From positions 14,332-78,331 of the forward strand of contig JANOQV010000230.1 of the NCBI GenBank assembly GCA_031414955.1: 64,000 bases of DNA. Reading direction: 5' to 3'. This document shows, piece after piece, positions 22,502-33,300 of this stretch. The translations under genes were made by a program, and so were the position numbers. Source of the DNA: Pedosphaera sp. Lineage in GTDB: Bacteria > Verrucomicrobiota > Verrucomicrobiia > Limisphaerales > SIBH01. Every line of letters starts with the position of its first letter. Position 1 is the first letter of the stretch. The notes beneath the pieces were generated by a model that saw only the letters and a list, made by a program, of their open reading frames with translations, had not been told where the DNA came from and ran no database searches.

Positions 22502-22948
22502 CTAAGATGTTCTGCAACCGACCGAGAGCAGCACATTCGCCCACAACGCCTGATCCGCGGTCTGGATGGTCAGCACATGGTCAGAGGACTCGACGGCCTT
22601 GTAGAAGTCCCACTTCAGGATCGGTTCCAGCGCGACGCTCAGGCCACACTCCTGGAGGATTTGACGGTAATCATTCCAGACCGGCGGCTCACCCAGCTTG
22701 GCATACGGATCATCCGCGGGAATGCCCATCGTGGACACCAGGTCGATGGGGATGGCCGAGAGGACCGCGCGCAGCGCCTGGGCACAAGTGATGACCCCCG
22801 GCGTCAGGTTCATGCACACGACCTTGGCATGGGGACCTTTCTTGGTCGAAGCCGGGTAGTTGCCATCGGCGATGAGTATCTTCGCGTGATGACCGGCCCG
22901 GCCCAGCACTTCGTTGATGCCAGGATGAATGAGTTGGTGTTTGAGCAC
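22502..22948 (-). CDS. RbsD/FucU family sugar mutarotase/pyranase
   Basis: MLKHQLIHP..LGRAGHHAKILIADGNYP, FY..., IQTAD...WANVLL..G. Confidence 0.88.
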   Translation of the reverse strand: MLKHQLIHPGINEVLGRAGHHAKILIADGNYPASTKKGPHAKVVCMNLTPGVITCAQALRAVLSAIPIDLVSTMGIPADDPYAKLGEPPVWNDYRQILQECGLSVALEPILKWDFYKAVESSDHVLTIQTADQALWANVLLSVGCRTS

Positions 22949-22975
22949 AGGTGTCAGCAGTTCGAGGTCGGTGGT

Positions 22976-23794
22976 TCAACGTGGAAAAAATTTACGAAAG
23001 CTCTCGATGGTCTGGCGCGCCGCCGACTCCTCGTCGGGGAGCGGCAGGACCTCGGCGGAAATGTAGCCGTCGTAACCAATGTCGCGCAGCGCCTGCGCCA
23101 CGGGTTCCATGTCCAGATGCCCCCAGCCGATGGCCCGGCGGTTGGTGTCGGCGAAATGCACATGACCCACTTTGTCGCCAACGATGCGCAAGGCCGCCGC
23201 CACGTCGCGCTCCTCGATGTTCATGTGGAACAAGTCGCAGAGCAGCTTCACGTTCTGGGTGTGGAACATGCGGAGGAACGCCACCGAATCCTCGGCTGTG
23301 TTAAAGAGGTTCGTCTCGTAGCGGTTCAGAAATTCGTAGAGCAACGGCACCTTGTGCTTGGCCGCGCCATCGCCGAGTTCGTTGAGCGCATCCGCCAGCC
23401 AGGACAGCACCTGCTGCCGCGAAACACCGCCCTCCCAGCGTCCCTGCATGGAGCCGACGATGACCGGAGCCTGGAACTGAGCCGCGAGGTCGATGAACCT
23501 TGCGATGTATTCGATGGCGCGACGGCGCACGCGGGCATCCGGATCGGTCAGCCGTAACTTGTGTTTCACCCACCCGGCCCCGCTGCCCAAGGCGGACACG
23601 GAAAGCTTGTGCGCCGAGAGCACCGCCTGCACTTCCGCCACGTTCACCGTGCGCGCTTCCTGAAAAAACAGCTCCACCGCATCGAAGCCATGCGCCGCCG
23701 CCCGCGCGCAGCCCGCCCCAAGATCCTCCCAATACACGAACGGCCCCCCGCGCAACTCCGGCACGAGCGAAATGGTAATGGCGGAACGAATCAT
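22976..23794 (-). CDS. Sugar phosphate isomerase/epimerase (IolO / D-tagatose 3-epimerase-like TIM barrel)
   Basis: GFDAVEL, YEFLNRYETN, DLFHMNIEE, HVHFADTNR..G.GHLD, GYDGYISAEVLP. Confidence 0.88.
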   Translation of the reverse strand: MIRSAITISLVPELRGGPFVYWEDLGAGCARAAAHGFDAVELFFQEARTVNVAEVQAVLSAHKLSVSALGSGAGWVKHKLRLTDPDARVRRRAIEYIARFIDLAAQFQAPVIVGSMQGRWEGGVSRQQVLSWLADALNELGDGAAKHKVPLLYEFLNRYETNLFNTAEDSVAFLRMFHTQNVKLLCDLFHMNIEERDVAAALRIVGDKVGHVHFADTNRRAIGWGHLDMEPVAQALRDIGYDGYISAEVLPLPDEESAARQTIESFRKFFPR

Positions 23795-23896
23795 CAGTGG
23801 CGCGAGGCTAAGACGAAGGGCCGGACAGTTCAAGGAGCGAGGCGGGGCGGGGTTCAACCGGGGTGCATCATGAAGTTACCACCAAGATTGCGAGCA

Positions 23897-24003
23897 CGGG
23901 TAGGGCGTCGCTGTCCTCAGCGCGCCGTGAGGAGGCGGCCACAAAGTCCGGGCACTTTTTTAAGTCGCGGCCCGACGCGCTGGGGACAGCGCCGCCCTAC
24001 CCG
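23897..24003. repeat. GTAG-type REP doublet (REPIN-like inverted pair)
   Basis: CGGGTAGGGCGTCGCTGTCCTCAGCGCGCCG (23897-23927) vs reverse complement of 23973-24003 CGGGTAGGGCGGCGCTGTCCCCAGCGCGTCG, 28/31 identical; each arm starts with GTAG followed by an internal palindrome. Confidence 0.8.
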
Positions 24004-24075
24004 CGTCACCGCCCACGGCACGGTCAGGCCAGCTCGATGGCACTGGCCAGATGCGCCGGATGCCGCCGCACCTTG

Positions 24076-27000
24076 CTACGGCAATATCACGCGGTAGAAG
24101 CGCGTGTTCGCAACGGGCGCGTTTGTGACCACCACGGTGCGGTTGCTCGGCGCGGCGCTGATGCTTTGCAGGTTCGTCCAGGCGCCGGCATCGGGCGTAG
24201 GCTGGTGCTGGAGGGTGTAGCTCTTGTTCGACACGGCATCGAAACGCAGGCGCGCGGCGTTCGCGGGCGTGAGGGAGACATTTAACCGGAGCACGCTGCC
24301 CGCCACCAGTGGGTTGGTGCCGGCGAGGTACTCCTGCAAGTTCGTCATCCCGTCGCCGTCATTGTCCAGGCCGGCATCGGCAGGGCTGAACTTGTTCAGG
24401 CTGTACAAATCCTCCCAAACATCGGGCATCCCGTCGCTGTCGGTATCAACGCTCCCGGCGCTGCCGGGCTGCGGCGTGGGCGCGGCGGCAACCCAGTTCG
24501 TGGGGTCGTTGCCGTAGCCGGTCTGGCTCACGCGTTGGAGCGAGAAGCCGAAGCCATCGGCGTTCGTCGCCCACGGCGTGGTGTCCGCGTAAATAATCTT
24601 CTCCACCAGAATGAACGGCACGAAGCCGGCGTCGTTGGCGGGCGGCAGTTGAGGCGCGTCCGGTCGTTGCAACTCCACGCCCTCGCTGCTGTTGTCCAGT
24701 TTACCGCTCCACGGGCCAAGAATGGTCAGGCTGTTAGTGATGCCGTAAGCCGCCTTGAAGGCTGCCAGTGAATTCGTATCGGCCACCGGATCAAATCCCA
24801 CCACCAGCAGTGTCCCGGTGGCGCCGATGCTGGCACCCGCCGGGAAATCAAAATCCACGCCGCCGCGCAGCCGCCAGCGATTCGTCGGGTACGCCGGATC
24901 GAACAGGTTCACCGCGCTGGCCGTGGTGTTCTTCACTTCAACGAATTCATCCCGCGTGTTGTCATTCGTGCCGAGGTCCGGCGGGTGATACATGATCTCG
25001 TTCACCACGACCGGCCCCACTTTGGGATAGGCATTCGCCAGGCCGGTGCCGGTGCGGAACTGCGCCACGCTCACCGGATTATCCACCCCAAATGTCCGCG
25101 CGCTCATCGCCACGAAGTCGTGATCACCCACGCTGCGGCGGTAGCGCCCCATGGACACGCCGTTGGCCGCCGCGTCGAACTTCACCTGGGCGCGATAGCC
25201 AGTCAGCACACCGTTGGTCGCCTGGGACAGATAGACTTCATCGCCATGCGCCGAACTGAGGGAGAAGGCCGAGCCGGGCACCGAGATGTCGTTGAACTGG
25301 GTTTCATAGAACACGCGGAAGCCGCCGGACGGAATGGTGATGGCGTTGGTAATCTGGTAGCGGCGCAGGTTGTTTTTCGAGTCGCTCAAGAACCAGCCGG
25401 CGATGTTTACACTGGCGACATTCGTGTTCTGGATTTCAATCGCGTCCTCCAGCGGCGGGTCGGTATGCGCCAGCACTTCGCTGATGACGACGTTGTTCAG
25501 CGGCAGCCAGTTCAAGTCGCCCTGGCTCACGCTGATCGAAAAGCTAGCGATGTTCGCCGCGCCATCGGGCAGCCGGCCTTGCGACACACCCACGGTCTGC
25601 ACGCCGAAGCTCACGGCGTCGAGCAGTGTGCCGCCGGGCTGCGACAGGCCGATGGCTTCGCCGCCGTTTGAGAGCTTGAAGTTGACGTGGTTTGCGCCGT
25701 TCTGCGGCGCGTTGTCCGCGTCGAACGTGCGGTAGGCATACGCGCCGATGCCGATGAAGGAGAGCTTCGGAATCAGATACAACATGCGCGTGGCCGGCGT
25801 GCCGAGCGTGTCCGAGAGCCAGTGATCGGCGAGGGCCACGGGGACGGGATTCCCGTTGAACAGCTCGAACCAGTCCTCGCCCGAGGCGGGATTCGCCATC
25901 CACTCGTTGATCTTCACGAGCGAAACATCGCCGAGATTTTGCGAGAGATTGGTCGCGCCCGGCGTGGGCACGGTCAGCGTCCAGTTCGTGCCGCCGGGCG
26001 CGCGGCCGATGGAAAAATCCACGGCCTGCAAACCAAACGTCACCGTGTCAAGCAGTCCGCCGGCGGGAGCAAACAGGTAGAGCGCGTCGCCCGTGTCCTT
26101 GAGTCCGAAGCCGGTGTTAGTCGCGGAGACAGGCGCGCTGGAGGAAAAGAACACGCGATGATAACCGCCCGCCGGCACCACCGAGCCGGGCGGAAACACC
26201 CAGCGACGCGGCAGGGCCACGTCGTCCGAGAGGCTGGAGTCGCCGAGGTCCACCGCGCTCACCGACGGGTTAAAGAACTCTACCCAGTCCGGCGTGGAAC
26301 CGTCGGGTTCCTCGACGTTCGAGTTGTTGGCGAGGACTTCGTTGAGGCGGACGCCGGCAGAGGCAGCGCTGTTGGTCGTGACGTCGAGCCGGATGCCCAT
26401 GAAAACATCCGCGCTGGTGGACGTGCCCTGATGCACTTCCACGGCAATCCAGTTGGTGCCGGCAAAAACATTCGTGAGGGGCAGCGTGAACGGGCCAAGT
26501 TCCAAGGGCGCGCCGGAATAATTTTGCGTGGCCAGTTGAGCATAGGTCACGGCACCGGCGGGCATGAAGTAGCGATAGGCTTCCTGCCCGTTCACATAGA
26601 CGATCACTCCGTCGTCAATGTAGTGCGTGAGGAGCAGGCTCGAATAAGCGGACGGAGGCGTGAACCGGGTGCGAAAGTAAAACGTGTTGCGGTTGACGTT
26701 GGTGATGAGCGTCGTGCGAATCGGCTCGGCAATCGAACCGCTGTTCAGCCTGGCCAGCACGCCCTGCCCTGACTCCCAGGTCGAATCATCGTAGTTCGTC
26801 GTGTTCCAAACCACGCCATCCAGGTTGCTCGACTGGTTGAACTGCCAGACCGCGCTGTAAGGAAGCACGGCCACCGTGCCCGAGCCGCCGCCGCCCGCCG
26901 GGCAGAGATTGCCCGCACCCGGACTCGGCGCGGCGAGGAAGACAAAATTGTTCGCGCCATTCGGGCAGCGGCCCTGCGAGACGTTTGGCGTCTGCGGGCC

Positions 27001-28488
27001 GTAGCTTACCGAGTCAATGACCGCGAGCGACGGATCGAACAGCGCGATCTCGCCGAGGTCGCTCGACAGCGAGAAGTTCAAATGATCCGCGCCCGCGCCG
27101 GTGTTCTCATCTGCGATCATGGCCACGAATGAATTCGACTGGATGAAGGTGAGCGGCGGCACGGGATGGCGCGTGGGCCAGCCGATCAGTTCGTCAGTGA
27201 AAAAGCAGCCGCCGAAATCCACGGGCAGCGCGAGCGGGTTGTAGAGTTCCACGAAATCCTCGGCGAAGGGCGGCGTGCCGGCGGTGAGCCATTCGTTGAT
27301 GCGCAGCGCGCCGCGGCTGCCGGTGGCGGCGGCGCTGTTCGCGCCAGGGAACGTGGGCGTGCAAAGTTTCCATTCGCCCGAACTGCCGAAGCGGCCCACG
27401 GACAAATCCGCGAGTTGCAAACCAAACACCACTGAGTCGAGCAACGCGCCGTTCGTGGCAAAGAGATACACGCCCTCGCCGCTCGCGCTCAGGCTGAAGC
27501 CGGTATGCAGCCCGCCGCTGCCGTCCTCGTTGTTCGCAAAGACGTGCAGGTAGCCGCCCGCTGCGAGCGTGGTGTTCGTGGGGAACGTGAACTTGTTCGG
27601 GATCAACGGGTCGTCCGTGAGCCGCAGTCCGCCGATGTTCACCGGCGAGCCGCCTTCGTTGAACAGTTCAATCACGTCGGGAAAAGTTCCGGCGTGATTC
27701 AGCGCGCTAACGTTCTGCGCCAGGACTTCGTTCAGGCGCACGGCCGGCGTTGCCGTGCTCACGATCCACGCGGCGGTAACCGTCGGCGAGTTCGTGCTCT
27801 GCCATGCGCCCGCCGCGCTCTTGCCGATCACAGACACCGTGTTCGTACTGTTATTCGCCAGGCTCGCGAGGGAAATAGCCGTGGCCACGGCGGTCTCCGC
27901 GCCATACGCGCCGTTGTTCAGTTTGAAGCGGTAGCTCACCACGTTCGACCCGCCGACGGTGAGCGTCGCGGTCGTGAACGGCGTGGGCGAGCGCGGCGTG
28001 CCGGTGACCGTCGCGGTGGGCGGCGGCGGATTTCCGGCGAAGTAGGTGTTGAGCAGGCCCTGCACGGTGCTGCGCCGCGTGTCCATCCATGTCCTCATCG
28101 TGTTGATGGTGCCGACGGGCATGTAGAAGCCGAGCGTCTGGGTGATGAGCGCGTCGTAGTTTGTCTTGGCAAACGTGGTGTCCAGCAGGCGCTGCAAAGT
28201 TTGGTAATACAACGGCTCAAACTCCGGCCAGTGCATGAAGTTGTTCATGGCCGTGCCCGATCCGGCCCCCGGCACCAGCGTGGCCGTGAAAAGGTTCGCG
28301 GAATTGGCGGCCATCGATCCGCCCTGTGACATCACGGTGTCGAGATCGTGATACACCAGATTGAAGCGCGGATCGTTGACGCCGCGATACATGAAGTAAT
28401 CGTCGTTGTAGCCGGAGTTCAAACCCGTCTCGTTGTTGCCCATCAGGTTCATGACCGCGAGGTGCGTGAGCCACTGCTCGATGTTCAC
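24076..28488 (-). CDS. 3' part of a lamin-tail-domain/CotH secreted protein (end of CotH domain, several LTDs, DxDGDG repeat, C-terminal domain)
   Basis: Repeated (I/L)NE(V/W/I)(L/M)A..DWxELxN LTD motifs; NDDYFMY..YHDLD CotH-like segment; DTDSDGMPDVWE..DGDGMTNLQEYLAGTNP. In frame with 28531-30219 across one TAA. Confidence 0.8.
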   Translation of the reverse strand: MNIEQWLTHLAVMNLMGNNETGLNSGYNDDYFMYRGVNDPRFNLVYHDLDTVMSQGGSMAANSANLFTATLVPGAGSGTAMNNFMHWPEFEPLYYQTLQRLLDTTFAKTNYDALITQTLGFYMPVGTINTMRTWMDTRRSTVQGLLNTYFAGNPPPPTATVTGTPRSPTPFTTATLTVGGSNVVSYRFKLNNGAYGAETAVATAISLASLANNSTNTVSVIGKSAAGAWQSTNSPTVTAAWIVSTATPAVRLNEVLAQNVSALNHAGTFPDVIELFNEGGSPVNIGGLRLTDDPLIPNKFTFPTNTTLAAGGYLHVFANNEDGSGGLHTGFSLSASGEGVYLFATNGALLDSVVFGLQLADLSVGRFGSSGEWKLCTPTFPGANSAAATGSRGALRINEWLTAGTPPFAEDFVELYNPLALPVDFGGCFFTDELIGWPTRHPVPPLTFIQSNSFVAMIADENTGAGADHLNFSLSSDLGEIALFDPSLAVIDSVSYGPQTPNVSQGRCPNGANNFVFLAAPSPGAGNLCPAGGGGSGTVAVLPYSAVWQFNQSSNLDGVVWNTTNYDDSTWESGQGVLARLNSGSIAEPIRTTLITNVNRNTFYFRTRFTPPSAYSSLLLTHYIDDGVIVYVNGQEAYRYFMPAGAVTYAQLATQNYSGAPLELGPFTLPLTNVFAGTNWIAVEVHQGTSTSADVFMGIRLDVTTNSAASAGVRLNEVLANNSNVEEPDGSTPDWVEFFNPSVSAVDLGDSSLSDDVALPRRWVFPPGSVVPAGGYHRVFFSSSAPVSATNTGFGLKDTGDALYLFAPAGGLLDTVTFGLQAVDFSIGRAPGGTNWTLTVPTPGATNLSQNLGDVSLVKINEWMANPASGEDWFELFNGNPVPVALADHWLSDTLGTPATRMLYLIPKLSFIGIGAYAYRTFDADNAPQNGANHVNFKLSNGGEAIGLSQPGGTLLDAVSFGVQTVGVSQGRLPDGAANIASFSISVSQGDLNWLPLNNVVISEVLAHTDPPLEDAIEIQNTNVASVNIAGWFLSDSKNNLRRYQITNAITIPSGGFRVFYETQFNDISVPGSAFSLSSAHGDEVYLSQATNGVLTGYRAQVKFDAAANGVSMGRYRRSVGDHDFVAMSARTFGVDNPVSVAQFRTGTGLANAYPKVGPVVVNEIMYHPPDLGTNDNTRDEFVEVKNTTASAVNLFDPAYPTNRWRLRGGVDFDFPAGASIGATGTLLVVGFDPVADTNSLAAFKAAYGITNSLTILGPWSGKLDNSSEGVELQRPDAPQLPPANDAGFVPFILVEKIIYADTTPWATNADGFGFSLQRVSQTGYGNDPTNWVAAAPTPQPGSAGSVDTDSDGMPDVWEDLYSLNKFSPADAGLDNDGDGMTNLQEYLAGTNPLVAGSVLRLNVSLTPANAARLRFDAVSNKSYTLQHQPTPDAGAWTNLQSISAAPSNRTVVVTNAPVANTRFYRVILP

Positions 28489-28530
28489 AGCGGCGCGCGC
28501 GCGCGCGCTGGGGAACAGGCCGGGCTGGTT

Positions 28531-30219
28531 TTAGCCCATCACATCGAGCATCGCGATCATGTCAGCCCAGTCGTTCTCGCTCGCGTTCGATTCCTTGAAG
28601 TAGGTGTTCTGATACGAACTCGGCGTGGTGCCGCGATAATCAAAATTCGGAGGCGTGATGTTCCGCTGCACCTTGTAAGCGTTGCCGCCGCTGTCGTTCG
28701 GGAAATGGTTTTCCGCCCAGTCGCCGCCAATGTCCTCGTTGGCGGCGTAGTGGTTGTTCGCCGGCGTGCCGCCCGGCCCCGCGCCACCGTTCACACGCAA
28801 CTGCGCCGCGAACGAATCCGATCCGACCGCGCCGGATTTTAGCGCGAGAATCGAGCCAAAATGCTGCGCCCACGGGTTGATCGCGTTCATGTTGATGCTG
28901 GGCCGGCCCCGCCAGGGCTGGTCGGAAGTAAAACCGATCCGGTAGTTGTGCGTGGACGAACTGCGGCTGCCGTTGCCGCGGTTCCGCACGGTGCAGAGGT
29001 AGCGCACCTCGACGCCCTGCGCCGTCACCCCGATGAAGGTGAGGTTGAACGCCGCATCGCTCTGCGGCGAACTGCTGAACATGGTGGCGAGTTCTGTGTA
29101 CTCCGACGGGGTGAGAATAATTTTGTGGAGCGGCGCGACGCCGGTGTAAGCCGTGTTGTCCACCTGGTAGAGCGCGTTCACGCTGAAACTGTTCCGATCC
29201 ATCACGGTCACACCGTCGGTGTTCACGGCGGGGCGCGGCCAGGTGTTGGTCTGGTTCGAGTCGTCCACGGCTTCGACGTAAAATTCCACGATGGCCTGGT
29301 TCGCCTGCGGCGGAATGCTCGCGGCCCACAGGCCGTCGCCTGCCGCGCCGTCGCTGTGCCCGCCGTCGTCAAACATCGTCGCGCTGGTGAAGGCGGGCGG
29401 AGCGCCGTTGTTCACGCGCCAGAACAGCCGCACGGCATAGACGGGCGTCTCGTCAATGACGCGCGCGGAAATCACCACCGTGTTCGTGGACTGCGGAATA
29501 AGCGGCGCGTGCCCGACATCCACGACGAGCGCGGGAGCATCGCCCGAGGCCACGGAGTTGCCCACGCCGGGCGTGCCGTTGACCGTGGTGCTGGCGGCCC
29601 AGTTCTGGCCGCGATCATTCGGCAACGCCGCGTTGACCAGTTCGAGCGAGCGACCCAGACCGTCGGCGCGCGCGAGCCACGTCCAGCCCTGGCAGCAACC
29701 ATCGACTAAGCCGCGCTGGCGGATGGCCCAGTCGCCTTCGTCGGCGTAGGTGAGATCATCAATGGTGTTCCCCGCCGCGTCCTCAAGCGTGAGACGGTCA
29801 CGGCCGTTGCTCAGGGAGTTCTCAAAATTCGTGTAGGTGCCGGAGGCGACGTTGGTGGTGCGGACGGTGAGGAAGCCAGCGACGAAGTTTGTCACGCCCG
29901 GATACTTGGTGGTGAAGCTGTTCGAGTGGGCCGCCACCACAAGATAACCCGCGGTTTTGATGACGGCATTGCTCGGAAACGTGAAGGCGATGCCCTTCGT
30001 AAAGCGCCAGCCGCCGAGGTTCACGTTCGTCGGCCCGGCGTTGTACATCTCCAGATACTCCTCGCGCGAATTCTCGGACGAGGGGTGGAACATGATCTCG
30101 TTAATCAGGATGTTCTGAGCGCGCGCGGGCAGCAGCAGTGCCGCCAGCAGCGCGAGCAGCGCCAGGAGCCAATTCGCCGGCTTAAAGCTGAGATCAGTGC
30201 GGAAAGAGTCTGTTGCCAT
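28531..30219 (-). CDS. 5' part of the same LTD/CotH protein (signal peptide, LTD, Ig-like region, start of CotH kinase domain)
   Basis: Signal-like LLALLALLAALLLPARA-Q; ILINEIMFHP LTD; RNRGNGSR CotH motif; ends at TAA 28533-28531 mid-domain. Confidence 0.8.
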   Translation of the reverse strand: MATDSFRTDLSFKPANWLLALLALLAALLLPARAQNILINEIMFHPSSENSREEYLEMYNAGPTNVNLGGWRFTKGIAFTFPSNAVIKTAGYLVVAAHSNSFTTKYPGVTNFVAGFLTVRTTNVASGTYTNFENSLSNGRDRLTLEDAAGNTIDDLTYADEGDWAIRQRGLVDGCCQGWTWLARADGLGRSLELVNAALPNDRGQNWAASTTVNGTPGVGNSVASGDAPALVVDVGHAPLIPQSTNTVVISARVIDETPVYAVRLFWRVNNGAPPAFTSATMFDDGGHSDGAAGDGLWAASIPPQANQAIVEFYVEAVDDSNQTNTWPRPAVNTDGVTVMDRNSFSVNALYQVDNTAYTGVAPLHKIILTPSEYTELATMFSSSPQSDAAFNLTFIGVTAQGVEVRYLCTVRNRGNGSRSSSTHNYRIGFTSDQPWRGRPSINMNAINPWAQHFGSILALKSGAVGSDSFAAQLRVNGGAGPGGTPANNHYAANEDIGGDWAENHFPNDSGGNAYKVQRNITPPNFDYRGTTPSSYQNTYFKESNASENDWADMIAMLDVMG

Positions 30220-30270
30220 AGGCTGTCAGGGTTTTGTTTCTGGACTGTCGCTCAACTGTAACCATTTGTC

Positions 30271-30299
30271 GAAGCGGCTCCGGGAGCGGGAGCCGCCTC
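30271..30299 (-). terminator. GC-rich hairpin downstream of the beta-helix gene
   Basis: GAGGCGGCTCC...GGAGCCGCTTC 11-bp stem on the minus strand; no strong U-tract. Confidence 0.35.
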
Positions 30300-30315
30300 G
30301 ACGAGGAAACCAAGT

Positions 30316-33300
30316 TCAGGGCGCGATGGGCGTGACGACCTGATAGAACCGGAAGGGAAGTCCCGGGGTGTTGGTCACGTTGATCACCCGGTTGAAAACC
30401 GGTTCCAACGACACATCCTGCAACCGCAGCCACGATCCAGTGCTGAGAGAGTTGCGATACTGCACCGTGTAGCTCTTGTTCGAGATGGCCTGAAAGCTGA
30501 AGGTGTATTCACCGGCCGCCGATCCAAACGAGAAGAGCGCGAGCTTGCTGCCAAAGGATTGAGGGTCAGTCCCGGCGAGATACTCCTGGAGGTTGGTCAG
30601 ACCGTCGTTGTCATCATCGTCGCCCGCGTCGTTCACGAGCTTGTCCGTGCCATTCGCATCTTCCCAACTGTCCGGCATCCCGTCGCCGTCGGTGTCCGTG
30701 ACCACGGGACTCACCACGGTCCAGGCATCGGAAACGGTGGCGCTGTTGGTGCCCTGCCAGAAGCCGGCGGAATTCTTGCCGATGACCGACACGGTGTAGG
30801 TGCCGTTGGAAAGGCCGGACAGGGAGATGGGCACGGCGTTGGAGAACAAAGTGGCGGTAATGAGGAAGTCATTCGTCAGCGAAACTTCCCCGCTCCACGG
30901 GCCGTTGTTCAACTTCCACTTGTAGGCATACATGCCGGGACCGGCGACCTTGAGCATGGCCGAAGTGCTGGTCGTGATGGAGGGCGGCTCGCCCGAGATG
31001 GAAGCGCCACCGGGCACGAGCGCGCCACGATCCAGTCCGTTGGGGCCGGTGCCGATGGCGGGCGAACCCGGCAGCAAGGCGAGATTGCTCTTGATGTTCA
31101 AGTGCGTAATCCCGGTCTGCCAGTTGACGAACATCGGATTGTTGGTCGAGTTGCCGCCGAAGGTCATGTTCGTGCCCTGGATGATGTTGTCGTTCGCGGT
31201 CATGAACATGGTGCCGTTGGTGAAGACGATGAAGGGCGTGGTGCTGTGCAAGTCCCAGAGAATGTTGCCGTTCATGACGATGCCGCGCCCGCCGGGCACG
31301 CCGCGATGCGGCTCGCCGAACTGCACGTAAGCCGCGCGCGTGGCCGAGAACTGGTTGGTCTCGATGGTCACGACCGTGTTGTTCTCAAAGACCGCCGAAC
31401 CCATGTCCTTCAACAGCATGGCGTGATCGCAGTTGTAGAAAATGTTGCGCACCACCACGAGTTCCGATGTGCCGCTGCCCTCCCCGGTGGAGACGGCGTT
31501 GGCCGTGCTGGAGCGCACCGCGTCCTGATGCACGTTCAGGAAGATGTTGCCCTCGATGTGCGCGTCGGTGGAATCCAAATCCATGCAGTCGTCCACGGCG
31601 GCCAGAAACACATTGTCGATGAACTGCACGATGGCGCCGGGACGGTTGCCACCGGTGAAATCAACACTGTCGCTATAGCCGGTCGGTGCTCCGAAAATGT
31701 TGCCCTTGATCAGAGCGTAACCGTTCGCCGGCATGCTGCTGAAGTGGACCGGTTCGATGGTCTCCCCGCCAGGCACGTAGGAGTCGAGCAGCGTCAACGA
31801 ACTGCCCACGCAGTCAACCAACTGATCCACGGTGTTGGTCCACCAGAGGCTCCGCAGGTAAGCCGCCGTGTTATCGATGTCGATGTTCTTGCCCAAAATG
31901 CTGTCGAGGTCCGCGTAAGCAATGCGATGCGTGGAGCCGCCGCCCGTAAGGTTGATGCCGCCCCAACTCGTGGCACCGGTATTCAGACCGAAAAGCATGC
32001 GGCACTCCGGCGTGCCCTCGGCGAGGAGCAGACCATTGACCGTGAGGGAGAAGCCTTGGTTGAACAGCACCTGCGCGCACGGCTCGATGGTGAGAGTGGT
32101 TCCGACCGTCACGGTGACGGAACTGGTCACAATGATGGTGGTGCCCGCCGCCCAGATCGTGTTCACGGAAATCTGGCCGCCGACATAGATGACCGGAGCC
32201 TGACGCTGGCCGCTGGCCATGTTGGAGACGCGCGACAGCGCCACGTAGTTGGTGTGCTGCACGCGGTAATAATACTTCTGCCCAGGGATGGCCGACTCAT
32301 CGACGTGATTGGTCGCCTCGGCCGGAAGCTGGGCGATGACCGCCCAGTTCACCGCGTCGGTGGAGCGATGCACCAGCACACCCTCTTCGTTCTGCGAATC
32401 GTCCGTCCACTTCACGACCGGCGCGTTGGTGCCGGAGGAAATCACGGCCACGGCCAAGGGCGGCATCGGGATGCCGCCGAGCGGATAGGTGATGCCCATC
32501 TTCGCGCCGTCGCGTCCGCCGGTCAGCGCGGGCGAACCGGCTTGCAGGCGGTAATCACGCGCCGCCGGATTCACGAAGAGCGGATCAACATTGATGTTGC
32601 CGTCGCCCGGCCAGTTGGTGTTTCCGAAGATGTTGTAGTCGGCGAACAACTGGCTGCCGTTGGCCAGGCCGATGGCCGCGATATTGTTCCACACGATGTT
32701 GTTGTAGGAATTGGTGGTGATGCCGCCGCCGGTCGGCGAGGCCGGATTGACCTTGTTGTAGTTGGTCAAGCCGGAGTCGTTCCCGACAATGGTGCAGTTG
32801 CGCACGCTCACATCGCAGAGCGACTTGGACATCACTCCGGCGTTGCAGGCGTAGATCAAACAGTTGCTCACGATAATGCCGTGGGAAGAGCCGCCGTCGC
32901 CCACGGACACACCCTTGTCGAACGGAAAATCCCACATGATGCAGTTCTCGATGCGCGTGTCGGTGGAGCCGGGAAGGACGCCGGGGCCAATGTCCACGGC
33001 GTCAGCATTGCCGCGGTTGCCGTGGCGATAGGTGCAGTTGCGCGTGTATGATCCGGGCTGCGCGGCATCGAAATCCAGCGCGTCGCCTTCCAGCAGTTCG
33101 AACATGGATTGTTCGACCTGGATGACGCCGTCCCGCACCAGACATTCCCAATAGGAATAAATATGGGCGCGACGCACCTCGAAGAGGCTGGCGAAGCTGG
33201 ACATCATGATGGGCCGGCCGGTCGTACCCGCGCCCGCGCCGGGATCAAAGTCATGAATCGCGGTGTCCTCGATCAACCCATAAGCCCCGGTGGTGGCGTT

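Noticed and set aside
28493..28533. (GC)8 tract as a phase-variation switch, or Sec/Pyl read-through of the CotH gene stop
   Set aside because: The two halves are already in frame, so slippage would not repair the gene; the stop is TAA, not TGA or TAG.
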